A stretch of DNA of 64,000 nucleotides from Tubiluchus corallicola (Eukaryota > Animalia > Priapulida), in assembly GCA_030141605.1 (NCBI GenBank), contig JAQGDQ010000103.1:124001-188000 (forward strand). Direction: 5' to 3'. Under the pieces are notes generated by a model. That model made no database searches. It was not told where the DNA came from and worked only from the letters and a program-made list of their open reading frames with translations. How positions within the stretch are numbered: position 1 is the first letter of the stretch; each line of letters begins with the position of its first letter. A program made the position numbers and the translations under genes. Below, piece after piece: positions 35,591 through 49,315 of this stretch.

Positions 35591-37994
35591 ATTAACTTAA
35601 TGAGATCCAGTAAGACGTGCATGAGTTTGTGCAGGAGCATGATAATTTAATACATAAAGCCCTTCAGTCCATTTTTGCTTTTATTTAGGTTGGCAACTTC
35701 ATTGTCAATTGCAATTTTGTCGGGCTATACATTGCGTTAAGTTGTGATTCCAAAATTTGTGGTAATTCGCATGCATTGCAGTAATAATCATATATATATA
35801 TGTATATATATATATACACACACACACACATAATCATGTGCAGTAATAAATGATGTATTTAAACCAAATATCAGTGGAAGTATAAAAGAAAAGTACCACA
35901 GACAGACAGTATTGTTAGTGTTAATTCTAACATACTGCTTTAGCACCCGCAGTGCAGCACCAGAATTAATGCTGAGAATGCTTTGCGTGGCATGTAATCA
36001 TTGTTATTCAATAGTTACGCGGGGGGGGGGTATAAGTATATTAATCGATTTTTTTAAATTTATGAGCTGGGTAGTAAACGAGAAACTTAGTTTATGTTTA
36101 CCTTACCAATAACTGTTTGTCTTAAAACGTTTTTTGTGTTATTTTCGTAAAGACTAAATTCACAGGTGGAATGACTAAACTAGAAAAATGCAAAAGATCT
36201 GCGACTTTAGCTAAGTTTCTTGTCAATACATTTGTGTTTTTCATTTTCACAGCTTATATACATTAGTTTCGTTAAAGCATAAGAAGACATTATTCATAAA
36301 CAAAGCTTAGAAAATTCGTCTTGAAATTTTATATCACTTATATATTTAATATTACACTTATCACTGTTGTCTTGCTGCATGCAGAACATGTATTAGCCGT
36401 AATGCCGCATAAAACTTGTAAATTTAAACTACATCAATGAGCAGCCACTGTGAGGACAAGGTAAGATAACAGTGTGCAAAGTTTGAAAAAGTAATCATAG
36501 CATTCGTAGACTCTTCGCTAACTAAGGAAATGTTTAAATTACTTTATATTGTCAATAACATCAATTATGTGTTTTTGGTGAGCCAGTGATGCACACTTGG
36601 ATGGCGACAAAAATTGTCTTTCACAGAATATTTTAAATTATTGAGAATTTTCTCTTCTAGTTACATATATAAATCTTTCAATCATATTTCGTAATTATCG
36701 TAATACTTACGTAGTAATTATGAAATATTACTACTACCTAATGCTAAGTAATATGGGGAGTTTGTGTGAGAAGTTTTTTGGGAGATACTTTAAAATAGCC
36801 TTTTCTTCTCCTTTAACTTAAAACGCTAAGAAATTAAGGCGAATTCTAGGATCTTTCATTCAGTTTCTGTTCAAAAAACGTCTGTTCGGAAGTCGTTCAG
36901 TCAACTTCAGTAAAAGGTTAGCGCTATCAATTTTTTTGTTAGTTTGCGGTTTTCAATTATGTCTCTTTCTAAAACGGCAAGCACTAGGAAAATCATGCGG
37001 CTTTGGTAACAAAAACTTTCATTAGTTTAATATGGCTGTGCAGCGCTGACGTATAATCTAGCAGCAACATTAATCTGACATCTTACAGAATTTTCACAAA
37101 GAAACGGCTAGATCCCAGCTGCGTTACACAGCCTGTCAATTGTTATCCGGCCGAAGAAAATCTTGGGTTGCAATTAGTAAGAATTTTGCCAGATGCTGGG
37201 CTGAAAAACACCTACCTTATATTTTCGTTTCCATGACAACTGACTGTTTTCTTTAGACGGTAAATGCGTTTTTCTCGGGATAATGTAGTGAAGTGAATTC
37301 TTTCTATTCTTCAGGAATCAATTTCGCATGTTTAATTAGCGTTTGATTTAACTGCACCGTTTGATTGACTTTTTATATTAAATTTCATTAAAGAAAAATT
37401 ACGTTCAAATTTTAGTAATAACTGCTCTTTCAAACCAAACATAACTAAACAAAGATGATCATGAGTACGTTGTTTGATTATTTCTGGTTGGAAGAAGCAT
37501 CATTAGTAAAATTTGTTCATCATCCAGCCACGTATTCGAGAAATTAAATTACGTCACTGCTAACAGCGCTCGCCAGCTGTTAAGTTTGTAAGTTTTAATT
37601 ATATGAAACATTTATATGAAAAATATATATTTTATCTCACTTCAAAATGGGATGGAATCTAAAAAATCGTTCTGATTATTTATAGAAGTTGCACTGACAA
37701 GCAAAGATAATAACAAATGCATAATAATTGATGTATATTAAAAAATAAAAATATGATGACTTTTAAAAAGTCACTAGTAAACAAAGGACTTTTGCATGTA
37801 GTACAGTGGATCAGAAAAGGGACTTTCTATGTGCAGTTCAACGCCAAAGGGACCCTAGACAAATTTTTGTTAGCAGCTTTTAATCAGTCTCTTCAGCTCT
37901 TTGTTACCTAAAATAGATAAATTTCTGTGTATCATTTCTTGTATAACTCACTGACAAACCAATTTTTTGTCTAGGGAAAAAGGTAGCTTTTTAT

Positions 37995-38220
37995 CCGGGC
38001 ATTTTGACCTTCTCAACTTCGACCTTCCCAGGGCGCTTGGACCTTCTCATGGCACTTGGGCCTTCTCAGGGCACGGACTTTCTCAGCGCACTAAAACTTT
38101 GACCTTCTCAGGGCATTTTACCCTTCTCAGAACACTTGGACCTAATCAGAGCATTTGGATTTTCTCAGGACACTTGCACTTTTCCAAGACACTTTGACCT
38201 TTTCAGTGCGCTTGGACCAG
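37995..38220. repeat. Degenerate tandem repeat, unit about 20 bp
   Basis: About ten GACCTTCTCAGGGCACTTG-like units. Confidence 0.8.
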
Positions 38221-38484
38221 TGCATCATTTAATGCACTAATGTCGATATCCATCTAGTGTCTATTCTTCGTACTCTGTTTACTTGTTCTGCATTTCCTTG
38301 TTAGTCCTTAACTACTTGTAATATGCTCTTACTCTGTGTGACTGATAAACAATGAAATGGCTTGTTAATGATTATCCATTATAAATTCACTGACCAGAAA
38401 AGCGTGTTTTTTTCGAATGGTAACCGCTGGTCATTCGAGAGCTTGTTTGTCGTATCTTGACTGTCACTTTTCGCACTTTAGAAC

Positions 38485-38929
38485 AATAAGCCTTTTCATA
38501 GTTCCAGCGATTAATAATGATCATGAAAAGGTCAAAGATCATGCGTTTGTGTACATTGACAACGCCTCGCAGTCCATGCTATTGTAATGGTAATAGTTTA
38601 GCAGCTAGCTAGAACCTTAACTAGTTCTTTTTTTTTCTTGTTTCCATCACTCTACGCACATACTAATGCATAATTAAGTAAAACTAATATAAACAGTTTT
38701 AGCAACTATCTAGAACCTTACCTAGTTCATTTTTTTTGTTCCCAAGGAAGATCCTGCTTGTAAATTACTCTATGCACAAACTAGTCCATGTGAAACAACT
38801 GAAGTTACTGAACTGATGCGGCAGACGGCTTTAGGCTTAGCTTTATCCACATGTCATGTGACGGCTGTAGTTAAGACGCGTTGCTGTGCTACACTTAAAT
38901 TTGCATAGTGAAACTGTGAAAAGGGTATT
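38485..38929 (-). mobile_element. MITE family A copy with internal duplication
   Basis: TIRs present. The TAGAACCTTA.CTAGTTC segment occurs twice (about 38610 and 38711). Confidence 0.8.
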
Positions 38930-40415
38930 ACGGCGCGTTCAGATTTTCTCTCCAAGTTAATTCGCCAAGTAACTAAGAGGGGAAAACATAACTTTCAACA
39001 GCGCTGTACATTCAGTTTACATGATAAAACGATGTCGCTGGAAAATTACGACGCCATTTTGTTTATCAGTCGTTATGAAATTACGTCGGAAAATTGAATC
39101 AAATATTCATTAATTTTATGCATAATCTCCCCTTTCCTGGCGCGTAATTTCTGGTGTCATTTTACGCCTCCTTGGCAACTGCACCTGATTCTACATAGAT
39201 GTAACTTTATTTATTATACTCACTGCCTGTTTAATGTTTAATTAGCCATGATAAAAAAGCTTATATTTACACACGTACAGGAAATTAGCTTTTCTGCAAT
39301 TATGACAAGAGAAAAAATTAATTGGATGGGACGAGAAATAACGCGAGATAAATAGAGATGAAAAAGCGAAAATAAAAAAAGAAGACTTGTATTGCAACAG
39401 CTTTAATTAATTTTTAATTAAATTTAAAGATAATTTTATTATGAGATTCGTGATTTGTAATATACGACAAATAAAACGCTTTAAATATTATGCAAGTGTT
39501 TTGAAAACCGTGAAAAGGCATCCCTGACAAACACGTGGTTTCTATGCACTGTATATAAGAGGCATCAATGGCTGTAGTAGCAGCGAGATTGATGACGACA
39601 ATTCCAAATACAGTGCGTAGATCAAGCAAACAACTTTCTCGATTTTTAGAGGCAGATGCGAGGCAGGTCTCTTTCATTCTTAGCCTCTGGCTTCTGCCCT
39701 CATATATGATAGTCATTCATCACCTCATGTTTGATAACCAATTCAGGTCGCGTCTTATAGGAAAGCTCATGTTTTATTAATGCAACATATTACTAGGAGC
39801 AGGTCTTCATTTTCTGAGCAAATTTTGCTTTCTTTGTTGGCGAACTATTTCCTGCATACAGAAAATCTATGGTAAAGCATAATCCTCGCGGGGATTCTGT
39901 ATATATTGTTAAAGAATGATCCTTTTGGGCATGGAAAGCAGCTCTTCATGTTGCAAACATACTAAAGTAATCTAGTGCAAATGACTTAAATGGTGCTTTT
40001 AAAATTTAGATACTATTATGTAAAGAATAACGTACGTGAAATAACTATTATCACAGAAACCTAATTTGCGTTTGCGTCACTATTTCTTTACTATTACATG
40101 TATTTCGCCTTTCGCTAGTTAGATGGGCACTAGCACCTGCATCTAAGAAACGCGATACACAGAAAAACAAGCGCTCTACCTTTCAGTTCCGAGGTGTTCA
40201 GTTGTTACGTAGTGCACACGTTCGAAATAACACAGCGATAAACTTGAAATTTGAATTTTAAACTTAAAATTTGCCGAGCTTGTATATCAAACTGAATGCT
40301 GTATATTAGCACTGCACTTTAATTTTCGCTTTTTGCAAACAAGTTACGTGCCACCACCATGTTCACAATATCCAACTGTATAAAAAGTACTCGCCTACTG
40401 AAAAACTACAGGAAA

Positions 40416-41625
40416 TTTTTATAACCTCGTGCAGCGCGGATCTAAGAGTACCAATGCGCTGATTTTTAGCTTCAAAAATTTCAAGTCGTTTTCTTAGGCG
40501 TCCAAGTTTAGGGATAGACTCACAACACTGAATAACTCGAAAACTAAAAAGATAGAGTCATGAAATTTGCAGGTAGACAACTCAGGTAGGTTGAAACAGT
40601 GGTTTACTTAAAAGCCGGGATGATTTAAAGGCCCGAAATGGGAGCTGAAAGAAGGCAAACAGCTATGTCACACATGAGTAAAAACACTGGACCGGGTGTA
40701 GTCAAGTGATAATTAATTGCAAGTCCCCTGCACACTGGTCAATCACTTGCGAACAAACCGCACTGGACCAGGCATAATCAGTGACGAACACGGTCATGCT
40801 CGCGGATTTGGGTCTGAATACTTCACGACTTGTTCCACAAAGCCTACTGTGATGGTCCAGTATGGTAATGTAGGGAACCACTAACCTAACAACCGTGCAC
40901 ATTATTTCTTTACATTCATAACCTACGCTGATGATGAAGAGATAAAATTCACTTTTCTTTTGCATTTTTAATTTAATTTAATGTTCTACAAAATCGCATT
41001 TTGACCTCATAAATTACGACCCCTGGTAGCTAGGTCGTTTGGGTGGGTACACGAGTATTCCATCGTAGAGTAAGATCTTTACCTTAAAGTTAAATCACGG
41101 AAGCCAGACGTTCTCGTGAGCAGTGTGACCTGGATTTTCTTTTACCTGCCGATTCCATGCCACGTAGTAGTAGAGAGTGGTTTCCTTGTGTTAAACGGAG
41201 GTACGTCTACACGTTAAGTACCTTCCGTCTTGTATCCTGTCTCAGTTTGATGACAAGACATGTGATGTGGTCCCCGAGTTCTGGTTCAAGTTTTACGCAC
41301 CAGAGAAGACGTTAGCAGATCACAGAAAGACACGGTATACTTCTACTTATGTTATTACTCTCGTAAATCACCAACTGCTAATTGCCATTTGTTGGGTTAA
41401 CACCATAGGGATGGTAGACTGTAAAGTGGTCAGATTCACAATGAGGAGTGTGATGGCTGTTTCCATCGCCTATTATCTTCACGTAGACGTTAAATTGTTT
41501 ACCATGTTGGAAACGTCGCCTGTGCGACAGTGTCATGCAAGAAATCTGTAAGCTGTGACTGTCAGTATGGACTGTTGTACCGTCAGTGAACACTCAGCAA
41601 GACCCGACCCGGGTAGATCGCCAGT
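40416..41625 (+). mobile_element. Putative Helitron/Helentron-like non-autonomous element with GC-richer internal cargo
   Basis: Starts in a T-run (TTTTTATAACCTCGTGCAGCGCGG). Ends with hairpin ACCCG-ACC-CGGGT followed by AGATCGCCAGT|TTT. Confidence 0.4.
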
Positions 41626-42321
41626 TTTCTGGGGAAAGGGGTTTCCTTTTTTGTACATTGATGGTCATTGTCATTTTTTGGAATATTTGGAATCTTATTA
41701 AATTTGTTGTTACATTACTTGTTTATTGAGACTCAGATAAAATTTCGTTAACTAATGAAAAGAAAACAACCCATGTATTATTTAGAAAAAACTATGAACA
41801 AAATATTTATTCCCATGAACATTTTACGAACATATCTTAAAATTAGCATACACCTTTGGGCACACGCTACTTGAAAAGGTGGTTTTCGGGTACCTGTGGC
41901 CCTTCTAACCCGAACCATCACACCCACCTATTCAGCGAGCGCTACTTTTCAGTGCTGGGAAGCCATCTGTGACGATACATCACAACTGAGAGACACACAT
42001 GGCTTCTCTTTTCGGCCAAACTAATGGTTATGATTTCATCTTGACTTGGTAAACACGTAGAGGACATTGGGACAAACAAGCAATAAAATTCTTTATTTGG
42101 ACAGCAATGTGATAAACACATAAAACTCCAGATTTATGTATTATTTGTATTTTCCTGCCATCCCCTGAAAACCCACAAACCCGTCTCTTGTCTGTTTTTG
42201 CAGATTCTTACGAAAATATGGTGGTTATTTTTGAGCAACCTGCCTTCACGAATAAAACTTGCGTGTTACGTACCTGCAAAAGGCGCAAATTTCGTTGAAA
42301 TGCGTATGATGAAGGCAAGCA

Positions 42322-42708
42322 AATAAGCCTCTTCACAGTTTCAGCGATTGATGATGATCGTGAAAAGGTCAAAGGTTATGTGTATCAGACAGCGCATTTA
42401 TGTGCACTTGACAACGCCTCGTACCCCAAGCTATTGTAATATAAACAGTTTTAGCAGCTATCTAGAACCTTACCTAGTTTATTTTTTTGTTCCCAAGGAG
42501 GATCCTGCTAGTACATCACTCTATGCACAGACTAGTGAATAATTAAGTAAAGTCCACATAAAAGAACTGAAGTTACCGAATTGAGGCGGCAGTTGGCTTT
42601 GCTTTACCCACATGTCACGTGACGGTTGTAGTTAAGACGCGTTGCTGTGGTACACTTAACCTTTGACCTACAGCAACTGCGCGTGCGCACAGCGAAACTG
42701 TGAAAAGG
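42322..42708 (-). mobile_element. MITE family A copy
   Basis: Left TIR intact, right TIR truncated after AACTGTGAAAAGG. Shared core. Confidence 0.85.
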
Positions 42709-44197
42709 TGAAGATGTTGACTAAAATGATCAACGTTGTGAAATAATGCCGTAATGCAGTATTTGGTTGTCACCTTTAAAACTACTTTTGTGTTACTTTA
42801 CATGAAATTTTTAAGTAATTTGTGTTTTGAAGGCGAACATTTTGTTTTTCATTTTGATACTCGAACCCTAAAAAGGCAAAATCAAGTTAGACAAACAAGA
42901 TAATGAAAACTGGCCAAAACAAAAAATTGCAGAATACGTTTTGCCACAAACAAAAACACATGCTTGGCATTTCTCAAATGGAGCGGTCTTTTCTCTCAAA
43001 ATGGACTAAGTAGACTAATAACCAAAATTAGCTTAAAGCAAAACAAATGGTTTTTCATATCCTAGCTCATTTTGCAGTATGGTAAAATGTGTACATTTTA
43101 ACACCCATAATAATGACTTAGTGTTTAAGATAATTAAATATTAGGTTAAAAACTTATATAACGACGGGCGAGTCCAGCTAGTGAAGACGTCCAAAGCGAG
43201 CACAATTTTCAACAGCACAAATATTCCACGAGCATGTTGTACGTATTTGCGAAGGCGAAAATTGAAGTACAGTGCTACTGTTTAACATTCAGTGTAATAT
43301 ACAAAAACTCGGCAAATTTTAAGTTTAAAATTCAAATTTTAAGTTTCCTACGGTGCTCACGCATGAGTTGTAGAACGTGCGTACCATGTCACAACCGAAC
43401 ACCTCTGAACTGAAAGGTACTGTACCTGTTTTTTATGCAACGCGTTTCAGAAAGGCAGGCGCTAGTGACTATCTAATTAACGAATGGCGAAATGCATGTA
43501 ACAGCGAAAAACTAGCAGCGGGAACACGAAACTACTTTTGTGTGGTAATAATTCTTTGAGTCATTCTTGAAAAAATAGTGTGTTCCCCTTCAACATTTTA
43601 AAGAGTAGATTGTTTTGATGTACAGTTTAAGAGTTGGTCCGGTTTTCCTTTAACTAAAAGTAAAACCGCCATATTCCTGACAATGACAGATTTGCATGAG
43701 CATTATAAATACTATGTAGCTAGTTAAGTACCAGCATGCACAATAGATGATATTAGACAAATAACAGACTCAATACATGTCTTCTGCTAACTGAAAATTT
43801 GCAATTTATTCACACTTAGCTGTTTGACGATTTAGCTGTTTTGTGCACCAGAAAGCATGGCACATCCAAGCTTCTCACTTTTTACTCTGCTCTCTTAATG
43901 ATTTATTTTTAATCGCAAACAAACGTATCGTAAATGAAATCTCTTGACATCAATCGCATCCATTAAGCATAGGATGCGAGATATCTTTGAAATATGATGC
44001 ATCTGTCACACAAACTTTGTCATTCATGAACCACTTGCAGCCTTCGAACTGGGTGGAGAGACACACATACAAAAATACACACAGAAATGCCAAGGCATCT
44101 AAACCACAAGGCAAAGTTCGAAAAAAAAACTTGAAGCAAATAGAAGTTGTCATAGAAAACCACCAGTTCCTGAATATAAATTTCGGTCGAAGTCATG

Positions 44198-44310
44198 AAA
44201 CAATGGTTGCTGTATTAGTATAAGTTAGCGTTGAATGTTATCAAACAATAGTTGCTGTATACGTACAGTTAGCCTCGAATGTTGTCAAACAATGGTTGCT
44301 ATATTAGAGC
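44198..44310. repeat. About 45-bp tandem repeat, 2.5 copies
   Basis: AAACAAT.GTTGCT recurs at about 44198, 44243 and 44287. Confidence 0.75.
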
Positions 44311-44451
44311 AGGTATTATAGCCTCAATATTTTACAGTCTTATTTTTGTAGTTTATTGGTGATTTTTGTTGTTTTTACACAAATGATTCAACTGTTTCCC
44401 GATTTTACGGACATTTTCGGTCAACAGCTGTTTTTACACCCGTTTCCTTAA

Positions 44452-44600
44452 TTCGGCTAAAGTTTACAATTCCCCACACACAAGAAATTAGGGTTAGGAT
44501 TAGGATTAGGGTTAGGGTGGGTTAGGGTTAAAATTAGTGTTATGATTAAGGTTAGGGTTAGGGTATTTGAATTGTGTGGGGGAATTGTAAACACCTTCCC
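44452..44600 (+). mobile_element. Family D TTAGGG-core element
   Basis: TTCGGCTAAAGTTTACAATTCCCCACAC ... GTGTGGGGGAATTGTAAACACCTTCCC. Confidence 0.8.
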
Positions 44601-45394
44601 TTTATTTTTATTGCAATTTCACAGTTTGTCTTAAATAGCAAATAAAGTGCAACATTTCTAAATGATCCTTTATTATCCTGTCATGGACGCTATTCTTTGT
44701 TTGTATAGCATCACATAAATTGCCCTTGTGTTGAATATTTTACGATAATATATTAATAATAAAAAACAGCTCTCTGGGTGACACGTAGGTAATGAATATC
44801 GTACGTTGATCAAGCGTGGTCTATAATAACGCATTTGCCACACGGTAGCTTATTCTCTCCACGGTATCAACTAACCATTGGGGCGATTTCAAATTGGCTC
44901 ACATGCGATGCGTGTAAAAGTAATGATAATTCTTCATAACAGCGGATAAATGCGCGGTCCGCGGTTTGATAACCCCAAAAGTACGGACATAGATCTCGCA
45001 AGTGGATCAAAAATCAAGTTATCAGAATTTCTAAGCAGATTTTAATGGACGGTGTTCTAATTTGGTCATCTGAAAATTAACTTAGTTTTTAGGTTACAAG
45101 TTTAAACCATTAGACTTATTAGAATTTTATAAATGGAATTGTTCTACGTATTCCAAGTTGAAAACTTCATGAAAAATACAGATTATTAAATTACATTAAT
45201 GGATTATTATACGATATAATATTATATTTTGATGTCTCAAAATGTCAGAATACAGAATTATACTTAATACGATCGACAAAAATGTGACGTCCAACACGAG
45301 ATTCGAATCACATAAGGTTGCCTATGCATCTAGTTTCCCATAACTCTTAACTAATGAACCGTGACAAAATTCGCTTGAAAGGGTTGACGGTTAA

Positions 45395-45837
45395 AGGAAA
45401 GGCCAAACTTTCAGGAATGTTAGGCTAATTTCAATGTTCGCTGCAGTAAAACTGCAGTAAGCATCCTGTGTAAATCGCGATCATTTCACGCATTGGCGCT
45501 TCCATTTTGAACGCCCATTTTCCATTAATGACGTCATTCATCGACTAAACAAAAGCAGCATATTGTCAAGTTTCGCCTAAGGTATAATGAGTTACTGCCA
45601 CTGCGCGCTTACGGGAAACAACGATTCGCTTACGAAAAGTCACGAAGTCTACCACCAGTTGTGTCATACTTTTCAAGTAAATGGCAGCTACCACCGTGCG
45701 TAAAAATTTCTATACAACGGTAGCATAAGTTCACATTATGTTTATAGACAGCTTTTGCAAATTTCTTTATTATATTTTGTACGTGTAAGTGATAACAGTA
45801 AAATAAACCTAACATTTTAATCGATTTGTCTTTTCCT
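45395..45837 (+). mobile_element. Family B element, Kolobok-like (TTAA TSD, AGG...CCT termini)
   Basis: TTAA|AGGAAAGGCCAAAC ... GATTTGTCTTTTCCT|TTAA. Confidence 0.8.
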
Positions 45838-48442
45838 TTAAAGGGCAAGAAAAGGGGTACCTGAAGTAAGTTTCAGAAAAATTATATTACTTTATAGAAA
45901 TTTTATGCGTATATCGCACTCGCGTTGAAAAGATTTTTTGTTTGTTTTGATTTTAAATCTCCCGCAATACGGTTCCGACGAAGCTGTTACATGACGTCAT
46001 ATACGCTCAACGTAAATCAGGGGAAGAAAAGGAAATGTTAAACTACGTCCCAAATAACTTCCCATTCAAAGTTATATATTCTCTTACCTGCTTGAAATAC
46101 TTATGTAACCAGAATATAATTATTTAAAATGTTTTCAACAATTGGTAAAATGTCGTTGAATCACCTCCAGCGTACCTCACTCACTAACCAAAAAACATAT
46201 TATTGATCTTATTAACAGTGTAAAGTAAATTTCTGATTATTTTTCAAATGTTATCTAAGCTTGTTTAAAATGACCTACCGTCGAAATGACTGCGTCTAAC
46301 GGTCATCGCGGGAGTTTAAATTAACATGTTTTATACAGCGTTACTGCCGACGCAAATCCTGTATGCAAAAATGCAGTATCTAAGTGTTATAAAGTTCAAG
46401 ACAATTTTTTTTAAGTTTTATGTAAGCAAAGGGTTTTCTTGTGCTTTAAGGAGGTGAGATTGAACAGGATGTTCAGTAAGATAAGAATAATTTACAAAAT
46501 GGAAAACGTCTTCTTAAAAAACGCTCATTGTTATATACATAATCCGTTTATTTCAAAACTTCATGTAATGTATCTGTATCACTAAAAACATTGTGCTATC
46601 AACTGTCTTAATTCAATTGTAAAGGAAAAGGCGACTAATGCATTAAGCAATGTCTTTCAGAAGGTGACATTTTCAGCTGTGGAGTTTCTTTTCTTTGTGG
46701 CCTCTAAGCAGTAGCATTGTAACCAGTTCACCTACTGAGTGCTGAAACCCTTTAAATCTTCTACAATCTAATAAAAGTCTTTCTTCCTGGAAAGAAAAAC
46801 CCTCACAAGGTTCTAAAATCTCTTCGCTTTTTCAGATAGTCTTCTGGGCTTCGGAAATGTTCGATTTTTTGCGCGCATTTTTTGCTTTTCATTACCGTAA
46901 TTTTGCTTCTATTGATCATTTCAAATCTTTCAGGTCTTTTGCTTAACGACTCATAGGAATCTTCAACTAAATCAGGCAGACTAATGCTTACTTGCTGAGT
47001 ATAAATGTCACTAGATGCCACAGGGGTTTTGAAAAGTATCGTTGAAACAGAAACATTTTCTTTACCCTTCATCATCTTATTCCTTTTATGCTGCTGGGCA
47101 TTATGACGTGATGTGGTATGGAATGGTGACAGTGATAACGATGACGATGAAGACGGTTGCGATGTTGACGGAAATGACGATGTCGCTTGTAGTTACAATC
47201 AGGAATACAATTCAATTCACAACTCGCCAAAGGTGTTCCTTTCAATAGGCGATTAGGAGTCCAAAAGCATGCTGGGTTATTGCCTCCTGTGGGTACCTTC
47301 AACTCTCCCCCTCCACCCCACCCGGCATAGCTGCAGCAAACTCAACAAGTCCGGGTCGGCCGTAAGTGAAGGCTGTCATCGTTGTACTTAAAGCATAAAA
47401 CAAAACACTTCATAAATAAAGCTTAAAAAATTGTTTTGAAATTTTGTACCACTTACATACTGTCTTGTTGTATACAGCGCTAGCGTTAGCAGTAAGTCTG
47501 TATAATACTTGTAAATTTAAACTTACAAGTTTAAATTGACCGTTAGGCGCAGCCATTTTAATGGTAAGTCATTTGAAACAAGTTTAGATAACATTGTGTA
47601 AAGTTTGGAAAAATAATCAGAGCATTCGTAGAGCACTCTTAGCAGGAGGAGTTTTAAGTTCAGCCGAAGTAGTTTTTTTGTTTTTGGTTGTGACATTGAT
47701 TACATACTTGGAACTATTAATTTTTAAAATCAAGCATTGTCCTGGGTGTAAGTCGCTAAATAGCTGTTAGTGCTAATGTTGTCTGTTAAATGAACGACGG
47801 TAAATAAATCTCATCTTTGTCTTTGTCGCTGCTAGAGTGTTAAAAAGGCTTCAAGGATCTAATAAGTGCAAAAACCTAATCTTCTTATATTTTTTGGCTT
47901 TTGCTGTTAGTACAAGCTTAGGACTACTGTCTGTCATACAAAACTTATTAGCTATTTTACTTCGTGGCATTTTGACATTTTTGACGTAACTTAGCCAACA
48001 CATAACTGGGAATCTAGCAGCATCACGACTCTTTGGTTTACCACACGCGTTCTAATCATTTTTTGTCATAACAGTGATGCTGAAATTACTTGCGATATGC
48101 TACACAAGAGGCTCGTTCCAGCTTAATGTCACGTCGCTTGCCTATCATTACCCTGAGAATAATAACTTCTATTGATCTTGTCAATAGTTCCATAAGGAGC
48201 TTAACTGATAACCGCCTGTAAGCGGCGACAATCTGTCTTCAATCTTCACTGGGTCTTCAGCAGCTGCAAGAAGAGGGTGGGAAGACTTAGGAAGACGAGT
48301 TTGCATAATTAGGGCTTCTTGGCTGCTTGTGTTAGTCTGGGTGTGAGGCGATTTTGTCCAGGTAAACCAACCGAGAAAGGCTTTTGTCAAAAGCATATAA
48401 GCATTATCCGTAGCATTAAAATACATCGACAACAAGAATAAT

Positions 48443-48514
48443 CGTCGTCGTCGTCGTCGTCATCATCATCATCATCATCATCATCACATTATCATCATCA
48501 TCACCACCACAACC

Positions 48515-48548
<34 letters not shown>

Positions 48549-48655
48549 TCATTATCAGCAGCAGTAGCAGCAAAAGCAATAGTGGTTAGCACGATGGCAA
48601 TGCTACACTTGAAAAGTAAGAAGAAGAAGAAGAAGAAAAACAAAAACAACAACAC
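48443..48655. repeat. Compound trinucleotide tract (GTC/CAT/CAC/CAG/AAG)
   Basis: Direct reading. Similar CAT/CGT tracts at 51123-51292 and 53070-53235. Confidence 0.9.
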
Positions 48656-48764
48656 TATAAAACTAGTCAATGAAAGTGAAAGCATGAATGTGAGTGTAAC
48701 AAAAAAGCGAGAGCAAGAACAACAGCTTTGACAATAACTGCGATAGTGACAGCAACAATGAATT

Positions 48765-48854
48765 CTTTAGAACAGAACTCTTTATAACAGAACTATTTAT
48801 AACAGAATTCTTTATAACAGAACTCCTTACAACAGAACTCTTCATAACAGAACT
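48765..48854. repeat. 15-bp minisatellite, 6 copies
   Basis: ATAACAGAACTCTTT-like units. Confidence 0.9.
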
Positions 48855-49315
48855 AATTTCTTCAACTCTCGGTTAATTTCTGCACTGACAGAAGAAATAG
48901 CGGATTAGAGGGATAAATTTTCATTCATATTTCGAAACCACAGAGACACATCAATCACGCAAAGATTGCCTCTGCCAGCTTAGCTTGTTCATTATTGATG
49001 AAGATTTCGCCACGGTGGTCTGACTCCCAAAGCTCGTTAACACGCCACTATTGGAAAGACAGTAGCAATTTTATTATTTGAAAAGTATCAACTCCCTAAT
49101 CCAACATTCATTCTCATTTGCATAGTTAGTAGTGACATGCTTCACAAAGTAGCGACAAGAGAACTTATCTTCAGCAAACGAAATTGCGACTTTGTGACGA
49201 TTGGTCACTTCATTAGAGAAGTCCAAATTGAGAAAAGTTAATTAAAATTTGAAAGAATAAAGCACATTATTCGATATTAGCGCTGGGAGCATTGGGATTT
49301 TTAAATTTTGTTTAA

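Noticed and set aside
42348-42542. Short ORFs inside family A copies (also 4169-4414, 16364-16585, 34122-34352)
   Set aside because: Not conserved in frame between copies, and no transposase motifs.
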